A stretch of DNA of 64,000 nucleotides, taken from the NCBI GenBank assembly GCA_018825385.1, contig JAHJEX010000006.1:186-64185 (forward strand), read 5' to 3'. The notes beneath the pieces are model-generated. The model worked only from the letters and a program-made list of their open reading frames with translations, was not told where the DNA came from and did no database searches. Positions 46,534-58,048 of this stretch are shown here, piece after piece. Position 1 is the stretch's first letter. Every line of letters begins with the position of its first letter. This DNA is from Patescibacteria group bacterium. Its GTDB lineage: Bacteria > Patescibacteriota > Patescibacteriia > UM-FILTER-42-10. Made by a program: the position numbers and the translations under genes.

Positions 46534-48030
46534 ATGACCGACAAAGAAATACAATCAGTAGTCGATAATAGATATCAAAAAATCTTTGAGTTATCGCCAG
46601 AAGCGATTATTTTATTGGATCGAACTGGAAAAATAATTGATGTCAACAACAGGCTTTACGATTGGCTAGGCTACCGCCCTAGAGACATAATAGGACGGAA
46701 TGTTAGAAGCGTGTCTTTTTTGACCAGTGCCAGTAAAGTAATGATGTTGAAAAAATTTAGCCTGAGAATGCTTGGAAATGATGTGTCTCCATATGACCTT
46801 TTTTTTGTGGACAAAAAAGGAAATGAGCATATTGGACAAATATCATCAGCTTTGATTCGGAATAAATCTGGAAAAATAATTTCAGACCTTGTGATGATTT
46901 CAGAAGTTACAAAGCAACGACAAATGGAAGGAGATTTAAAAAAATTCCAACTAGCAGTCGAGGGTGCTTCTGACCATATAATTATCACAGATCCTGATGG
47001 AAAAATTTTATTTGCCAATAAGGCGGTTGAAAAAATTACAGGTTTTTCTCGGAAAAAAATTATAGGCCAAAAAGCGGGTAGCAAATTGAATTGGGGGGGC
47101 ACAATGGAAAATGCTTTCTACGATAGAATGTGGAAAACCATGAAAACAAAAAAAGTACCTTTTGAAGCGGAAATCAGAAATAGAAAGAAAAATGGAGAAG
47201 AATATGATGCTGTGGCCAGCATTTCCCCAGTTCTAAATAAAAAAGATGAAGTCCTATTTTTTGTTGGTATGGAAAGGGATATTACAAAAGAGAAGGAAGT
47301 GGATAGAGCAAAAACAGAATTTGTTTCCTTAGCATCTCATCAACTGCGTACTCCTCTTTCCACTATCAACTGGTATTCTGAAATGTTACTCGATGGGGAT
47401 GTTGGCAAACTCAACAAAGGTCAAAGAGAGTATTTGAAAGAAGTATATAAGGGAAATCAAAGAATGGTCGATCTTGTCAATGCACTACTTAATGTTTCAA
47501 GGCTTGAATTAGGTACTTTTGTCATTGAACCGGAAAAAGCAAACATTGTTGATATAGCAAAAAGCGTTATTCATGAAATGAAGCCTCAGATAGAGGCAGA
47601 AAAAATAGTATTTACACAGAAATATGATAATACAATTCCCGATATGATGCTTGATACGAAACTGATTCGTATGGTTATTCAAAACCTTCTGTCGAACGCA
47701 GTTAAATATAACTCAAAAAAAGGCAAGGTCGATATTAAGGTTAAGCAAAATAAAAAAAAGAAACTGGTTGAGGTTAATATTTCTGATACAGGAATGGGTA
47801 TTCTTAAAGGTCAACAAGACAAAATATTTACCAAATTATTTAGAGCAGATAATGCAAAAGAACGAGATACAGAGGGAACAGGATTAGGATTGTATATTGT
47901 CAAATCCATTATTGATCATTCTGGGGGAAAGACATGGTTTAAATCAGAGGAGGGCAAGGGAACCACGTTCTATGTTACACTTCCTTTGAAAGGTATGAAG
48001 AAAAAAGAGGGGACAAAAGAACTTAACTAA
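46534..48030 (+). CDS. Cytoplasmic PAS-PAS sensor histidine kinase
   Basis: Two PAS/PAC domains, H-box SHQLRTPL, NLLSNAVKY, DTGMG, GTGLGL, GTTF; no TM. Confidence 0.93.
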   Translation: MTDKEIQSVVDNRYQKIFELSPEAIILLDRTGKIIDVNNRLYDWLGYRPRDIIGRNVRSVSFLTSASKVMMLKKFSLRMLGNDVSPYDLFFVDKKGNEHIGQISSALIRNKSGKIISDLVMISEVTKQRQMEGDLKKFQLAVEGASDHIIITDPDGKILFANKAVEKITGFSRKKIIGQKAGSKLNWGGTMENAFYDRMWKTMKTKKVPFEAEIRNRKKNGEEYDAVASISPVLNKKDEVLFFVGMERDITKEKEVDRAKTEFVSLASHQLRTPLSTINWYSEMLLDGDVGKLNKGQREYLKEVYKGNQRMVDLVNALLNVSRLELGTFVIEPEKANIVDIAKSVIHEMKPQIEAEKIVFTQKYDNTIPDMMLDTKLIRMVIQNLLSNAVKYNSKKGKVDIKVKQNKKKKLVEVNISDTGMGILKGQQDKIFTKLFRADNAKERDTEGTGLGLYIVKSIIDHSGGKTWFKSEEGKGTTFYVTLPLKGMKKKEGTKELN

Positions 48031-48044
48031 ATATAACTTGAAAC

Positions 48045-48425
48045 ATGTCAAATAATTCCAAAAAAATCCTTGTCATTGAAGATGAGGAACCCGTAAGAAA
48101 AGTTATAGTAGATGCTTTACAGGATCTGAATTGTGAGGTTTTAGAAGCCAAAAATGGACAAGAAGGCCTGGACATTGCTCTTAGTGAACATCCGGGTTTA
48201 GTTTTACTTGATTTGATTATGCCGAAGTTGGCTGGTCAACAAGTATGTGAAAGACTACGCAGTGATACTTGGGGAAAAAATGTACACGTAATTATCTTGA
48301 CCAATCTCGACAGTAAAACTGAAAAAGAGGAATTAAAAGATCTTAGCGTTGACGATTACCTAGTAAAATCGAATTATAAGTTAGAGGAAATTATGGAAAA
48401 AGTTAAAAAAATATTGTTAATTTAA
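48045..48425 (+). CDS. Single-domain response regulator
   Basis: IEDE, LLDLIMPK, ILTN, YLVK; follows the kinase. Confidence 0.9.
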   Translation: MSNNSKKILVIEDEEPVRKVIVDALQDLNCEVLEAKNGQEGLDIALSEHPGLVLLDLIMPKLAGQQVCERLRSDTWGKNVHVIILTNLDSKTEKEELKDLSVDDYLVKSNYKLEEIMEKVKKILLI

Positions 48426-48427
48426 AA

Positions 48428-48487
48428 ATGATACAAAATAAAAAAATTCTTATTATCGAGGACAAAGACAATCAAAGGAGTGTTTAG
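48428..48487 (+). pseudogene. Remnant of a receiver-domain gene (MIQNKKILIIEDKDNQRSV*)
   Basis: Starts like the neighbouring receivers (KKILIIED), then stops after 19 aa. Confidence 0.5.
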
Positions 48488-48537
48488 TAGCGTGGATAAG
48501 GTAGTTTTTTAGCGAATTTATGGTATAATAGTACAAT

Positions 48538-51237
48538 ATGGCTGATCAAAAGTTATATAATTTATCGGTTGAGGGTGCTTTAACCTCATTGACAACCACC
48601 AAGAATGGTTTGTCAACAACGGAGGCTCAAGATCGACTGCAAGAACACGGTTTAAACAAACTGCCGGAAGAAAAAAAGGCTTCCTGGCTTCTTTTATTAT
48701 TATCTCAATTCAGAAACTCCTTGGTATATATTTTACTAGTTGCGGCAGTGATCAGTTTCTTTTTGGAAGATTACATTGATATGTCCGTTATACTAGCGGC
48801 GGTTTTTGTCAATGTTGTTGTTGGCTTTATTCAGGAATACAAAGCCAATCAGGCAATGGAGAAATTGAAAAAAGTGATAACGTTTCTGGCAAGAGTAAAG
48901 AGAGATGATCAGGAGCAAGAAATAAAGGCAGAAGAGTTGGTCCCAGGAGACATTGTATTATTGAAAGCTGGAGATAAAATTCCGGCAGATGGACGAATAA
49001 TATTTTCAAAAGATCTCAGAGCGAATGAGGCAAGTCTTACAGGAGAATCAGTCCCTGTTAAAAAAGATGAAGCTCTGATCTCCGGGGAGGTAGTATTGGG
49101 AGAACAAAAGAATATGGTTTTCTTGGGAACGGTCATAGTGCAGGGGATGGCGGAAATAGTAGTTACAAAGACGGGAATCAATACTGAGCTGGGAAAAATT
49201 GCAGCCCTAATCAAAGAAACGCCAGAGGAGCACACACCATTTCAAAAGAAGTTGGACAAATTTAGTCGGCTACTTGGCTATTTAGCTCCAGCCGTGGCAA
49301 TTATAATAATGGTTATTGGAGTATTACAAGGCATACCTTTTGTTCAAATTTTTACAACATCTGTGGCAGTTGCAGTTTCAGCAATTCCTGAGGGATTGGT
49401 AATAGCGGTAACAGCTATTCTTGCAATTGGTATGCAGCGTATTTTAAAGCAGAAGGCTTTGGTCAAAAAACTGGTAGCTGCAGAAACGCTTGGATCGACG
49501 ACTGTTATCTGCACCGATAAAACAGGAACACTTACTCTGGGTGACATGAGAGTATCAAAGCTTGTAACTTTGAATCATGATTTAGAAGCTGAACAGCACT
49601 TAGCTAATCCTGGCAACATAAAGGAACAAACTGAACTTTCTTATTTATTTAGAATTGGTACTTTGTGCAATGATGCCGTCATTCAAAATCCGGAAGATGA
49701 ATTTTCTATGTGGAAGATGATAGGTAATCCTACCGAGCGCGCACTGCTTTCTGTAGGTGCACGTTTAGGGTTCCATAGAGAAAGTCTAGAAAAAGACGAA
49801 CCGCGATTGGATGAAATCCCGTTTGATTCTGATAAGAAATATATGCTGACTCTACACAGAGGAGCAAGGCGAAATATTTTGTATTTGAAGGGTGCTCCGG
49901 AAAGAATCATTGAAATGTCGAAGAAGATTCAGAACGGTACAACTATGAAGCCATTATCTAAGTCGTTGATAAGTCAGTTTGACGACAAATTTGAAGAAAT
50001 GAGCAGAACGGGTCTTCGAATTCTAGCATTTGCATATCTTTCTGTACCTACAACTGTAACTGATCTCAATAATGGAAAACAAATTAAGGAATATATGGAT
50101 CAATTTGTTTTTGTTGGGTTTACCGGAATTAAAGATCCACTGCGGAAAGAGGCAAAAGAAACAATCAAACTATGTAAACAGGCAGGTATTAAAATAGTGA
50201 TGATTACTGGAGATCATAAACTCACAGCACAAGCAATTGCAAAAGAGTTGGGATTAAAGAGCAATCCAGAGAATATAATGGAGGGTTCCGAACTAGCTAG
50301 TATTCGTCCTGAACAACTTGCCGAGAAAGTACAATATATTTCTGTTTACGCTAGAGTAACACCAAAGGACAAGTTGCAGATTGTTCATGCATGGCAGAAA
50401 AGAGGAGAGGTGGTCGCTATGACAGGTGATGGGGTAAATGATGCACCGGCAATTAAAGCTGCTGACATTGGGATAGCATTAGGATCTGGATCTGACGTGG
50501 CAAAAGAAACATCTGACCTAGTAATTCTTGATGATAATTTTAAAACCATTGTAGCAGCTGTCGAACAGGGAAGGATTATCTTTGACAATATCAAAAAAGT
50601 TTTCCTATATTTGCTTTCGGATAGTTTTGCAGAAATCACGCTAATAGTGGGGTCAATATTGGTCAGTGCGTTATTTATTAAGGATTTTCCATTGCCATTA
50701 TTAGCATCTCAAATTCTCTGGATCAATCTGGTAGATGATAGTTTTCCAAGCATTGCTTTGACTCTGGAACCAGGTGAAAGAGATGTAATGAAAGAGCCGC
50801 CAGGCGGTCAACAGAAGACTTTATTTACTTCAGAAATGAAAGCGCTTACTGTAATTATTAGTACTATTATGGGAATTGGGAGTTTAATCCTTTTCTGGTA
50901 TCTGACAGAGCATGGTTGGGACGTAGTCCATGCAAGGACGTTACTGTTCACAATATTTGCTATTAGTACTTTGCTCTATGTATTTAGCGTGCGCTCTGTG
51001 CGTCGCTCAGTTTTCAAGATGAATATCTTTGCTAATAAGCCACTTTTACTTGCTGTCGCAGTTGGATTCGGTTTGCAGCTGATTGCAGTTTATTTAGCAC
51101 CGCTACAAAAACTTCTACATACCGTCCCTTTGAATTGGGCAGATTGGGGAATAGTTTTAATAGCTAGTTTCATATTGATTGCCCTAATAGAGATGACGAA
51201 GGGCTATTATATTCATAAAAGATCAAAACAAAATTAA
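48538..51237 (+). CDS. Cation-transporting P-type ATPase (type II, Ca2+-like)
   Basis: LTGES, AIPEGL, DKTGTLT, KGAPE, TGD, GDGVNDAP. Confidence 0.93.
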   Translation: MADQKLYNLSVEGALTSLTTTKNGLSTTEAQDRLQEHGLNKLPEEKKASWLLLLLSQFRNSLVYILLVAAVISFFLEDYIDMSVILAAVFVNVVVGFIQEYKANQAMEKLKKVITFLARVKRDDQEQEIKAEELVPGDIVLLKAGDKIPADGRIIFSKDLRANEASLTGESVPVKKDEALISGEVVLGEQKNMVFLGTVIVQGMAEIVVTKTGINTELGKIAALIKETPEEHTPFQKKLDKFSRLLGYLAPAVAIIIMVIGVLQGIPFVQIFTTSVAVAVSAIPEGLVIAVTAILAIGMQRILKQKALVKKLVAAETLGSTTVICTDKTGTLTLGDMRVSKLVTLNHDLEAEQHLANPGNIKEQTELSYLFRIGTLCNDAVIQNPEDEFSMWKMIGNPTERALLSVGARLGFHRESLEKDEPRLDEIPFDSDKKYMLTLHRGARRNILYLKGAPERIIEMSKKIQNGTTMKPLSKSLISQFDDKFEEMSRTGLRILAFAYLSVPTTVTDLNNGKQIKEYMDQFVFVGFTGIKDPLRKEAKETIKLCKQAGIKIVMITGDHKLTAQAIAKELGLKSNPENIMEGSELASIRPEQLAEKVQYISVYARVTPKDKLQIVHAWQKRGEVVAMTGDGVNDAPAIKAADIGIALGSGSDVAKETSDLVILDDNFKTIVAAVEQGRIIFDNIKKVFLYLLSDSFAEITLIVGSILVSALFIKDFPLPLLASQILWINLVDDSFPSIALTLEPGERDVMKEPPGGQQKTLFTSEMKALTVIISTIMGIGSLILFWYLTEHGWDVVHARTLLFTIFAISTLLYVFSVRSVRRSVFKMNIFANKPLLLAVAVGFGLQLIAVYLAPLQKLLHTVPLNWADWGIVLIASFILIALIEMTKGYYIHKRSKQN

Positions 51238-51256
51238 TTTGATAATGATTAAATAA

Positions 51257-52096
51257 ATGCCTGAATCAATAATTAATTGGCTGACTGATCATGGAATAAG
51301 AATAGCAATAATTATTTTGCTGGGGTTACTACTTGATAAAACTGTGGATAGGTTTGCTGATAGAACGATAAAAAAATTTGTTGTAAAAAAGCAACAACAT
51401 CGTGATATGGAAGAGATTGAACAACGGGCGGAAACCTTAACAGATGTATTTAATACCACAACATCTGTTGTTGTTACTTCAGTAGTAATTATGATGGTTC
51501 TTCCTGAACTTGGCATGGCAATCGGCCCGCTATTGGCTGGTGCAGGTGTTGTAGGACTCGCAGTTGGTTTTGGTGCTCAGAATTTGGTGCGAGATTTCTT
51601 TGCAGGATTATTTATTCTTATTGAAGATCAATATTCAATTGGTGATGTGATCCGAGTAGGTGATGTAGCGGGAAGTGTGGAAATTATAAATCTTAGAAGG
51701 ACGGTCCTTCGTGATTTAGATGGAGTACAACATCATATTCCAAACGGTGAGATCAAACTGGCTTCAAATCTTACAAAGGATTGGTCAAAAATAAATATCC
51801 AGGTTCCGGTTTCTTATGACACGAATATTGATATGGTTACAGCACTGTTAAATAAGATAGGAAAGGATTTAGCTGAAAGCGAAGAATACAAAGAATCATT
51901 TATTGATGCGCCAAACGTTTTGGGACTAGATAAATTTGGTCCCTCTGAGCTGCTTTTGAAAGTAGTTGCAAAAACTAGACCTGGGAAACAATGGGAAATG
52001 GCGCGTGAACTTAGAAAAAGGATTAAAACAACATTTGATGAAGAAGGAATTGAGATTCCATTTCCTCAGAGAGTGGTGCATCAGATTAACAAGTAA
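51257..52096 (+). CDS. Small-conductance mechanosensitive channel (MscS family)
   Basis: LAGAGVVGLAVGFGAQ..V.D, EDQY.IGD, IPNG, GIEIPFPQR. Confidence 0.93.
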   Translation: MPESIINWLTDHGIRIAIIILLGLLLDKTVDRFADRTIKKFVVKKQQHRDMEEIEQRAETLTDVFNTTTSVVVTSVVIMMVLPELGMAIGPLLAGAGVVGLAVGFGAQNLVRDFFAGLFILIEDQYSIGDVIRVGDVAGSVEIINLRRTVLRDLDGVQHHIPNGEIKLASNLTKDWSKINIQVPVSYDTNIDMVTALLNKIGKDLAESEEYKESFIDAPNVLGLDKFGPSELLLKVVAKTRPGKQWEMARELRKRIKTTFDEEGIEIPFPQRVVHQINK

Positions 52097-52101
52097 GTAT
52101 C

Positions 52102-52129
52102 AAAAAACCCCTCAGGTTTTTGAGAGAGG
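52102..52129 (-). terminator. Terminator downstream of rpmB
   Basis: Minus strand CTCTCTC...GAGGGG followed by TTTTTT. Confidence 0.55.
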
Positions 52130-52199
52130 AACTTGACCCGGGCCAGGGCATTTAGAATAAATGCAACTGGCAACGGGTTGACAAATAATATTGAAAACG

Positions 52200-52376
52200 T
52201 TATTTTTTCAACTTAGACTGACTCTTAATACAACGTGCACAGGCCTTCACCTTTTTCCCTTCGTAAGTGGTCTTCTGCAAATTTAAAAACTGTTTACGTT
52301 TTGTGGAAATATTCGAATGACTTCTTGATACAGCGGAGAGCGCACCTCTTCCACATATTTCACAGACTTTTGCCAT
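52200..52376 (-). CDS. rpmB: 50S ribosomal protein L28 (zinc-ribbon form); absent from ORF track
   Basis: Manual translation MAKVCEICGRGALSAVSRSHSNISTKRKQFLNLQKTTYEGKKVKACARCIKSQSKLKK*. Confidence 0.93.
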   Translation of the reverse strand: MAKVCEICGRGALSAVSRSHSNISTKRKQFLNLQKTTYEGKKVKACARCIKSQSKLKK

Positions 52377-52452
52377 ACACTTATAATAGAATAGTTAATA
52401 AATCAAAATTCCGCTCTAGATTAACATAATTGAAATATAAACGCAAATATAA

Positions 52453-53094
52453 ATGATTCTAAAACTTCTTTTTGAAGAGCCTGCACTATTTTTGGCATGG
52501 ATATTGGCAATAATATTTGGAATTACAGTTCATGAATTTTCTCATGCATTTGCAGCAACTTTACAGGGTGATCGTACGCCAAAATACAATGGAAGGCTCA
52601 CTCTTAACCCCTTGTCACATTTAGATTTCCTTGGGTTTATAGTACTGCTTATTGCCGGATTTGGTTGGGGTAAACCGGTTGGATTCAACCCATATAATAT
52701 AAAAAACAAGAAATATGGTCCTGCCCTTATTGCTTTGGCGGGCCCGATTACCAATTTTATTGCGGTAATAGTTTTTGGGTTAATTTTAAAGCTGATTATA
52801 AGTAACGAATTATTGGGAGTTGAAAACTTACTAGTGATTTTTATAGCAGCTTTAGTCCAAATAAATCTAATTTTGGGTCTATTCAATCTGATCCCCATTC
52901 CTCCATTAGACGGATCTCATCTCTTATTTGCTGTACTAAAACCATCTGCTGATAATCTCAAAAGGTCACTTGAGAGGTATGGACCAATGATTCTTTTAGG
53001 ACTAATAATTTTTGATAATTTCTTTGGTTTTTCCATCTTTTCCTCAATTTTTGGAGGAATTTCTAATTTTGTTTTTCAAATTTTTGGATCATAA
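52453..53094 (+). CDS. Site-2 protease (M50 family)
   Basis: HEFSH, GRLTLNPL.H, LAGP..N, FNLIPIPPLDG. Confidence 0.92.
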   Translation: MILKLLFEEPALFLAWILAIIFGITVHEFSHAFAATLQGDRTPKYNGRLTLNPLSHLDFLGFIVLLIAGFGWGKPVGFNPYNIKNKKYGPALIALAGPITNFIAVIVFGLILKLIISNELLGVENLLVIFIAALVQINLILGLFNLIPIPPLDGSHLLFAVLKPSADNLKRSLERYGPMILLGLIIFDNFFGFSIFSSIFGGISNFVFQIFGS

Positions 53095-53238
53095 ACGCAT
53101 AATAACTCTATAAAAAGGAGGGGGATTGACCCCGTTGGAGTGTTACTATACTCTAATGGGGTTGACCTACACAAATATATTTGGTACACTCAGCCGTGTG
53201 GTATAATATATAGTCAGATTATTTTTTTTATCCAAACA

Positions 53239-53664
53239 ATGCCTACCATAAATCAATTAATAAGAAAACCCAGAAAATCCCATAAGAAGAAGTCAAAGAC
53301 TCCTGCTTTGGAGATTACTTTAAATCCAATCAAAAGGAAAAAAACCAAACTTCCTAAGGGTTCGCCTTTTAAACAGGGCATCTGCGTAAAAGTGACTACA
53401 ATGACTCCTAAAAAACCTAACTCAGCTTTGCGTAAAATTGCCAGAGTAAGGCTTTCTAACGGAATGGAAGTAACGGCCTATATCCCTGGGATTGGTCATA
53501 ATCTTCAAGAACATTCCATTGTAATGATTCGTGGAGGAAGGGTAAAAGACCTTTCTGGTGTCAGATATCATGTAGTAAGAGGTGTATATGATACTCAGGG
53601 GGTAGATGGACGCAAACAAAGTCGCAGTATGTATGGGGCAAAGAAAGAGAAAGCTACTAAATAA
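53239..53664 (+). CDS. rpsL: 30S ribosomal protein S12
   Basis: MPTINQL...[11 protein letters not shown]...GGRVKDL; true start 53239. Confidence 0.97.
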   Translation: MPTINQLIRKPRKSHKKKSKTPALEITLNPIKRKKTKLPKGSPFKQGICVKVTTMTPKKPNSALRKIARVRLSNGMEVTAYIPGIGHNLQEHSIVMIRGGRVKDLSGVRYHVVRGVYDTQGVDGRKQSRSMYGAKKEKATK

Positions 53665-53675
53665 AAAAAAACTAG

Positions 53676-54140
53676 ATGAGAGGAAAACAAGCACCAAAAC
53701 GTGTTATTCAACCAGATTTGAAATATAATAGTGTTGTAATCGCGAAATTTATTAATCTAATAATGACTCGGGGAAAAAAATCTGTTGCTGAGCGGGTTCT
53801 TTATGACTCTTTTGATATTATTCAACAAAAAACCAAAAAAGATCCTCTGGAAGTGTTTAATCAGGCAATGAAGAATGTATCTCCAGTAGTAGAAGTAAAA
53901 TCACGTAGAATTGGGGGAGCCAACTATCAGATCCCTATTGAGGTCAAGGGAGATAGACGGTCTGCGTTGGCAATGCGCTGGATTATCACTGCTGCACAGT
54001 CTCGTAAAGGTAGGCCCATGAGAGAAAAGCTTTCTCAAGAATTAATGGATGCTGCGGAAGATCAAGGAGCAGCAATTAAGAAGCGAGAAGACGTCCACAG
54101 AATGGCTGAAGCTAATCGCGCTTTTGCTCATTTTGCTTAG
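53676..54140 (+). CDS. rpsG: 30S ribosomal protein S7
   Basis: [27 protein letters not shown]. Confidence 0.97.
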   Translation: MRGKQAPKRVIQPDLKYNSVVIAKFINLIMTRGKKSVAERVLYDSFDIIQQKTKKDPLEVFNQAMKNVSPVVEVKSRRIGGANYQIPIEVKGDRRSALAMRWIITAAQSRKGRPMREKLSQELMDAAEDQGAAIKKREDVHRMAEANRAFAHFA

Positions 54141-54169
54141 TTTTATTATTATAATCATTAATCACATCC

Positions 54170-56251
54170 ATGCCGAGAGAATATAGTCTAGAAAATACAA
54201 GAAACATTGGAATCATCGCTCATATCGATGCAGGAAAGACCACTGTAACTGAGCGAGTTCTTTATTATACAGGTAAAAAGCATAAAATTGGTGAGGTCCA
54301 TGAAGGTGAAGCAGAAATGGATTGGATGGAACAAGAGAAAGAACGTGGAATTACTATAACAGCTGCGGCCACTACTTGTTTTTGGAAGGATCATCGAATA
54401 AATATCATTGATACCCCAGGTCATATTGACTTTACAGTTGAGGTACAGCGCTCACTGCGCGTACTTGATGGGGGAGTAGTAGTGTTTGACGGTGTTGCTG
54501 GTGTAGAACCTCAGTCTGAAACTGTGTGGCATCAAGCAGATAAGTACAATGTTCCAAGAATTGCGTTTATTAATAAAATGGATCGTACAGGAGCTGACTT
54601 CTACTCTGATTTAGATTCTATTTATGAGCGTTTAACAAAAAATGCGCATCCAGCTCAATTGCCAATTGGTGCTGAAACGGATTTTACTGGTATTATTGAT
54701 CTCCTTTTAATGAAAGCGTATGTCTACAAAGATGACATGGGCAGGGAATGGGAAGAAACTGAAGTCCCAGATGACATGAAAAAAAAATCTGAGGAATATC
54801 GCAGTAAACTGGTGGAGGCTATTGTAGAGAATGATGACGGTTTAATGAGCCTATACCTTGAAGAAAAAGAGGTCCCTGTTGAAGATTTGAAAAAAGCTCT
54901 AAGAAAAGGAACTATTGCCAATACAATTGTCCCTGTTTTTGTTGGCTCAGCTCTCAAGAACAAGGGCGTACAATTTTTATTAGATGCTGTTACTGACTAC
55001 TTACCTTCCCCTTTAGATGTTCCTGCAGTTGAAGGTGAAGATCCAAAAACTGGAGAAAAAGTAGCCAGAGAACCAGACGATGAAGGTCCTTTTGCTGCAT
55101 TGGCATTTAAAGTTGCGGCTGATCCCTTCGTTGGAAAACTTACTTTTTTCCGTGTGTATTCTGGTAAAATTGAATCCGGTTCTTATGTGTTAAATCAAAC
55201 TACAGGAAAAAAAGAGCGCATCAGTAGAATTATTCGATTACATGCGAATGATAGAGAGGAAGTGAAAGAAGTATTCAGCGGTGATATAGCAGCGGGAGTT
55301 GGCTTAAAAGATACTACAACCGGGGATACATTATGTGATCTTGAAAAACCGGTTATTCTAGAGAAGATAATATTTCCAGAACCCGTAATTGCTGTTGCAG
55401 TTGAGCCAAAAACCAAAGCCGATCAGGATAAATTAGGGCATGCCTTAGCTAGTCTTTCAGAAGAAGATCCTACCTTCCGTGTAAAAACAGAGGAAGAAAC
55501 TGGTCAGACTCTAATTTCTGGAATGGGGGAATTGCATTTGGAAGTTATCGTGGATCGAATGAAAAGAGAGTTTAATGTTGAGGCAAATGTTGGTAAACCA
55601 TTGGTCGCTTATAAAGAAACAATCAAAAAAACTGCAATCGGAGAGGGAAAATTTGTTAGACAATCTGGTGGACGTGGCCAATATGGTCATTGTGTTCTTA
55701 ATGTTGAACCTTTGGAAAAGGGAAAAGGATTTGAATTTGTAGATAAAATTAAGGGCGGAAACATTCCATCTGAATATATCCCGGCAATTGAAAAAGGTAT
55801 GAAGGAAGCAATGGATAATGGTGTTTTGGCAGGTTATCCTTTAGTAGATATTCGGGCAACTGTAACAGATGGAAGTTATCATGAAGTTGATTCTTCTGAA
55901 GCGGCGTTTAAGATTGCTGGTTCAATGGGGCTTAAAGATGCCATAAGAAAAGCTGACCCAGTACTATTAGAGCCAATTATGAAAGTAGAAGTAACAACAC
56001 CCGAAGAGTTTATGGGTGATGTAATTGGTGATTTGAATTCAAAGCGTGCCAGTATTAAAGAAATGCGTGATCGAAAGAATATTAAGGTAATTGATGCGGA
56101 TGTTCCGTTAGCTGAAATGTTTGGTTATGCAACTACACTAAGATCTACTACTCAGGGAAGAGCCAGCTATTCAATGGAATTATCCCACTTTGCTGAAGTC
56201 CCCAAGAATGTCGCAAATACGATCATTGATGATTCTGCCGAAAAGAAGTAG
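54170..56251 (+). CDS. fusA: Elongation factor G
   Basis: [37 protein letters not shown]. Confidence 0.98.
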   Translation: MPREYSLENTRNIGIIAHIDAGKTTVTERVLYYTGKKHKIGEVHEGEAEMDWMEQEKERGITITAAATTCFWKDHRINIIDTPGHIDFTVEVQRSLRVLDGGVVVFDGVAGVEPQSETVWHQADKYNVPRIAFINKMDRTGADFYSDLDSIYERLTKNAHPAQLPIGAETDFTGIIDLLLMKAYVYKDDMGREWEETEVPDDMKKKSEEYRSKLVEAIVENDDGLMSLYLEEKEVPVEDLKKALRKGTIANTIVPVFVGSALKNKGVQFLLDAVTDYLPSPLDVPAVEGEDPKTGEKVAREPDDEGPFAALAFKVAADPFVGKLTFFRVYSGKIESGSYVLNQTTGKKERISRIIRLHANDREEVKEVFSGDIAAGVGLKDTTTGDTLCDLEKPVILEKIIFPEPVIAVAVEPKTKADQDKLGHALASLSEEDPTFRVKTEEETGQTLISGMGELHLEVIVDRMKREFNVEANVGKPLVAYKETIKKTAIGEGKFVRQSGGRGQYGHCVLNVEPLEKGKGFEFVDKIKGGNIPSEYIPAIEKGMKEAMDNGVLAGYPLVDIRATVTDGSYHEVDSSEAAFKIAGSMGLKDAIRKADPVLLEPIMKVEVTTPEEFMGDVIGDLNSKRASIKEMRDRKNIKVIDADVPLAEMFGYATTLRSTTQGRASYSMELSHFAEVPKNVANTIIDDSAEKK

Positions 56252-56286
56252 AATAAGAGTATAACTTACAATTATTAGCACCTATT

Positions 56287-56631
56287 ATGACTAACAATTT
56301 CAAATGGTTCCTGGTAGTTGCAGCATCTGTCCTTTGTATAATGATTATTTGGATTTATAAGGTCAACACTGTTGAAGAGTCTTCATTTTATCAGGTTATT
56401 GTTAGAGGAAGAATTAAGGTTGAAATATCAGTAGAACCAGAGGATGTTAAACCGGTCATATATATGGATAGTGAAAAAGTGGGAAACACTACACCATTAC
56501 TGCTAAAAGTTGCCCCAGATAACTATTTAATTCGAGTTGAAGCGGAAGGATATGAGTCTGCTGAACAGGAAGTAATAGTAAAAACACTAAGAACTACAGA
56601 GGTGAATTTCAAGCTACAATCCCTTGAATGA
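56287..56631 (+). CDS. Membrane-anchored PEGA-domain protein
   Basis: N-terminal TM; S.EP....IYMD...GNTTP......Y.I.V..EGY pattern. Confidence 0.7.
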   Translation: MTNNFKWFLVVAASVLCIMIIWIYKVNTVEESSFYQVIVRGRIKVEISVEPEDVKPVIYMDSEKVGNTTPLLLKVAPDNYLIRVEAEGYESAEQEVIVKTLRTTEVNFKLQSLE

Positions 56632-56682
56632 AGCAATTTTGGCTAAAGTAAGCCAAAATAGTGTAATAGCTACTATGGAGAC

Positions 56683-56711
56683 TTGCCAAAATATTTACAC
56701 CTTGATATAAT
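56683..56711 (+). promoter_or_regulatory. Promoter upstream of tuf
   Basis: TTGCCA-17-TATAAT with TG extension. Confidence 0.65.
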
Positions 56712-56787
56712 CATCAATACTTTGATTAGACAATAAAACCTAATTTTAGCGAAATACTATATATTAAATAAATTAAAAATAAGCAAA

Positions 56788-57978
56788 ATGGCAGAAAAAT
56801 TTGACAGATCAAAACCGCATATCAATATTGGTACTATTGGGCATGTTGATCACGGAAAAACTACGCTAACTGCAGCAATTTTAAAATACCTTATTTCACA
56901 AGGAAAGACGGCCCAAGATAGGTCAGTAGACCAGATTGATAATGCCCCTGAAGAAAAAGAGCGCGGTATTACTATTGCTACATCACATGTAGAATATGAA
57001 ACTGACAAGCGTCACTATGCTCACGTCGACTGTCCTGGACATGCTGATTACATCAAAAATATGATTACTGGAGCAGCACAAATGGACGGTGCAATTCTTG
57101 TAGTTTCTGCTGCTGATGGACCAATGCCTCAGACTCGAGAACACATTTTACTTGCCAGACAGGTAGGTGTGCCTTATATTGTTGTTTTCCTCAACAAAAC
57201 TGATCAAGTTGATGATAAAGAGCTTGTTGATTTAGTTGAAGAGGAAATCAAAGATTTGCTAAAAAAATATGAATTTCCTGGCGATGAAACCCCAATTATT
57301 AAGGGATCAGCACTAAAAGCACTTGAAAATCCAGATGATGCTGAAGCAAATAAACCTATTCAAGAACTTATTGATGCAATTGACAGCTATATTCCAGATC
57401 CAAAAAGAGCAGTAGATGAAGACTTTCTTATGCCTATCGAGGATATTTTCTCAATCGAAGGTCGTGGGACAGTAGTTACCGGAAGGATTGAGAAAGGTAA
57501 AATAAACCTTAATGATGAAGTTGAAATTGTTGGAGTCAATGAAACAACAAAGACTGTTGTCACTGGAATAGAAATGTTCAACAAGCAACTTGATGAAGGC
57601 CAGGCTGGTGATAACGCAGGAATCTTGCTTCGAGGAACTAAGAAAGACGAAGTAGAAAGAGGACAAGTGCTTGCCAAACCTGGAACCATTACTCCGCATA
57701 CTGAATTTGAAGCTGAAATCTATGTTCTAAGCAAAGAAGAAGGTGGTCGTCATACTCCTTTCTCAAAAGGGTATAAACCACAATTCTATATTAGAACTAC
57801 AGATGTAACTGGTGAATTAATTTTTCCTGAAGGAACTGAAATGGTAATGCCTGGTGACACTGTATCTTTGGGCGTAAAACTGATTGTGCCTATTGCACTT
57901 CAAGAAAAGCAGCGTTTTGCTGTTAGAGAAGGTGGCCATACAGTAGCATCAGGAGTAGTAACTAAAGTAACAAAATAG
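56788..57978 (+). CDS. tuf: Elongation factor Tu
   Basis: [26 protein letters not shown]. Confidence 0.98.
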   Translation: MAEKFDRSKPHINIGTIGHVDHGKTTLTAAILKYLISQGKTAQDRSVDQIDNAPEEKERGITIATSHVEYETDKRHYAHVDCPGHADYIKNMITGAAQMDGAILVVSAADGPMPQTREHILLARQVGVPYIVVFLNKTDQVDDKELVDLVEEEIKDLLKKYEFPGDETPIIKGSALKALENPDDAEANKPIQELIDAIDSYIPDPKRAVDEDFLMPIEDIFSIEGRGTVVTGRIEKGKINLNDEVEIVGVNETTKTVVTGIEMFNKQLDEGQAGDNAGILLRGTKKDEVERGQVLAKPGTITPHTEFEAEIYVLSKEEGGRHTPFSKGYKPQFYIRTTDVTGELIFPEGTEMVMPGDTVSLGVKLIVPIALQEKQRFAVREGGHTVASGVVTKVTK

Positions 57979-57983
57979 GTATC

Positions 57984-58009
57984 GAGGCCCCTGTTTCGGG
58001 GGCCTCTTT
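57984..58009 (+). terminator. Terminator after tuf
   Basis: GAGGCCCC/GGGGCCTC-TTT. Confidence 0.7.
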
Positions 58010-58048
58010 ATCTGTCTAAATGAGCAAATTTAAAATATAAATTTTCAC

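Noticed and set aside
52235-52429. 64-aa plus-strand ORF
   Set aside because: Antisense to rpmB (52200..52376, minus).
53140-53238. Extended S12 N-terminus (and the L3 start at 58609) from the ORF track
   Set aside because: Upstream parts overlap promoter-like or hairpin sequence; canonical starts are 53239 and 58642.
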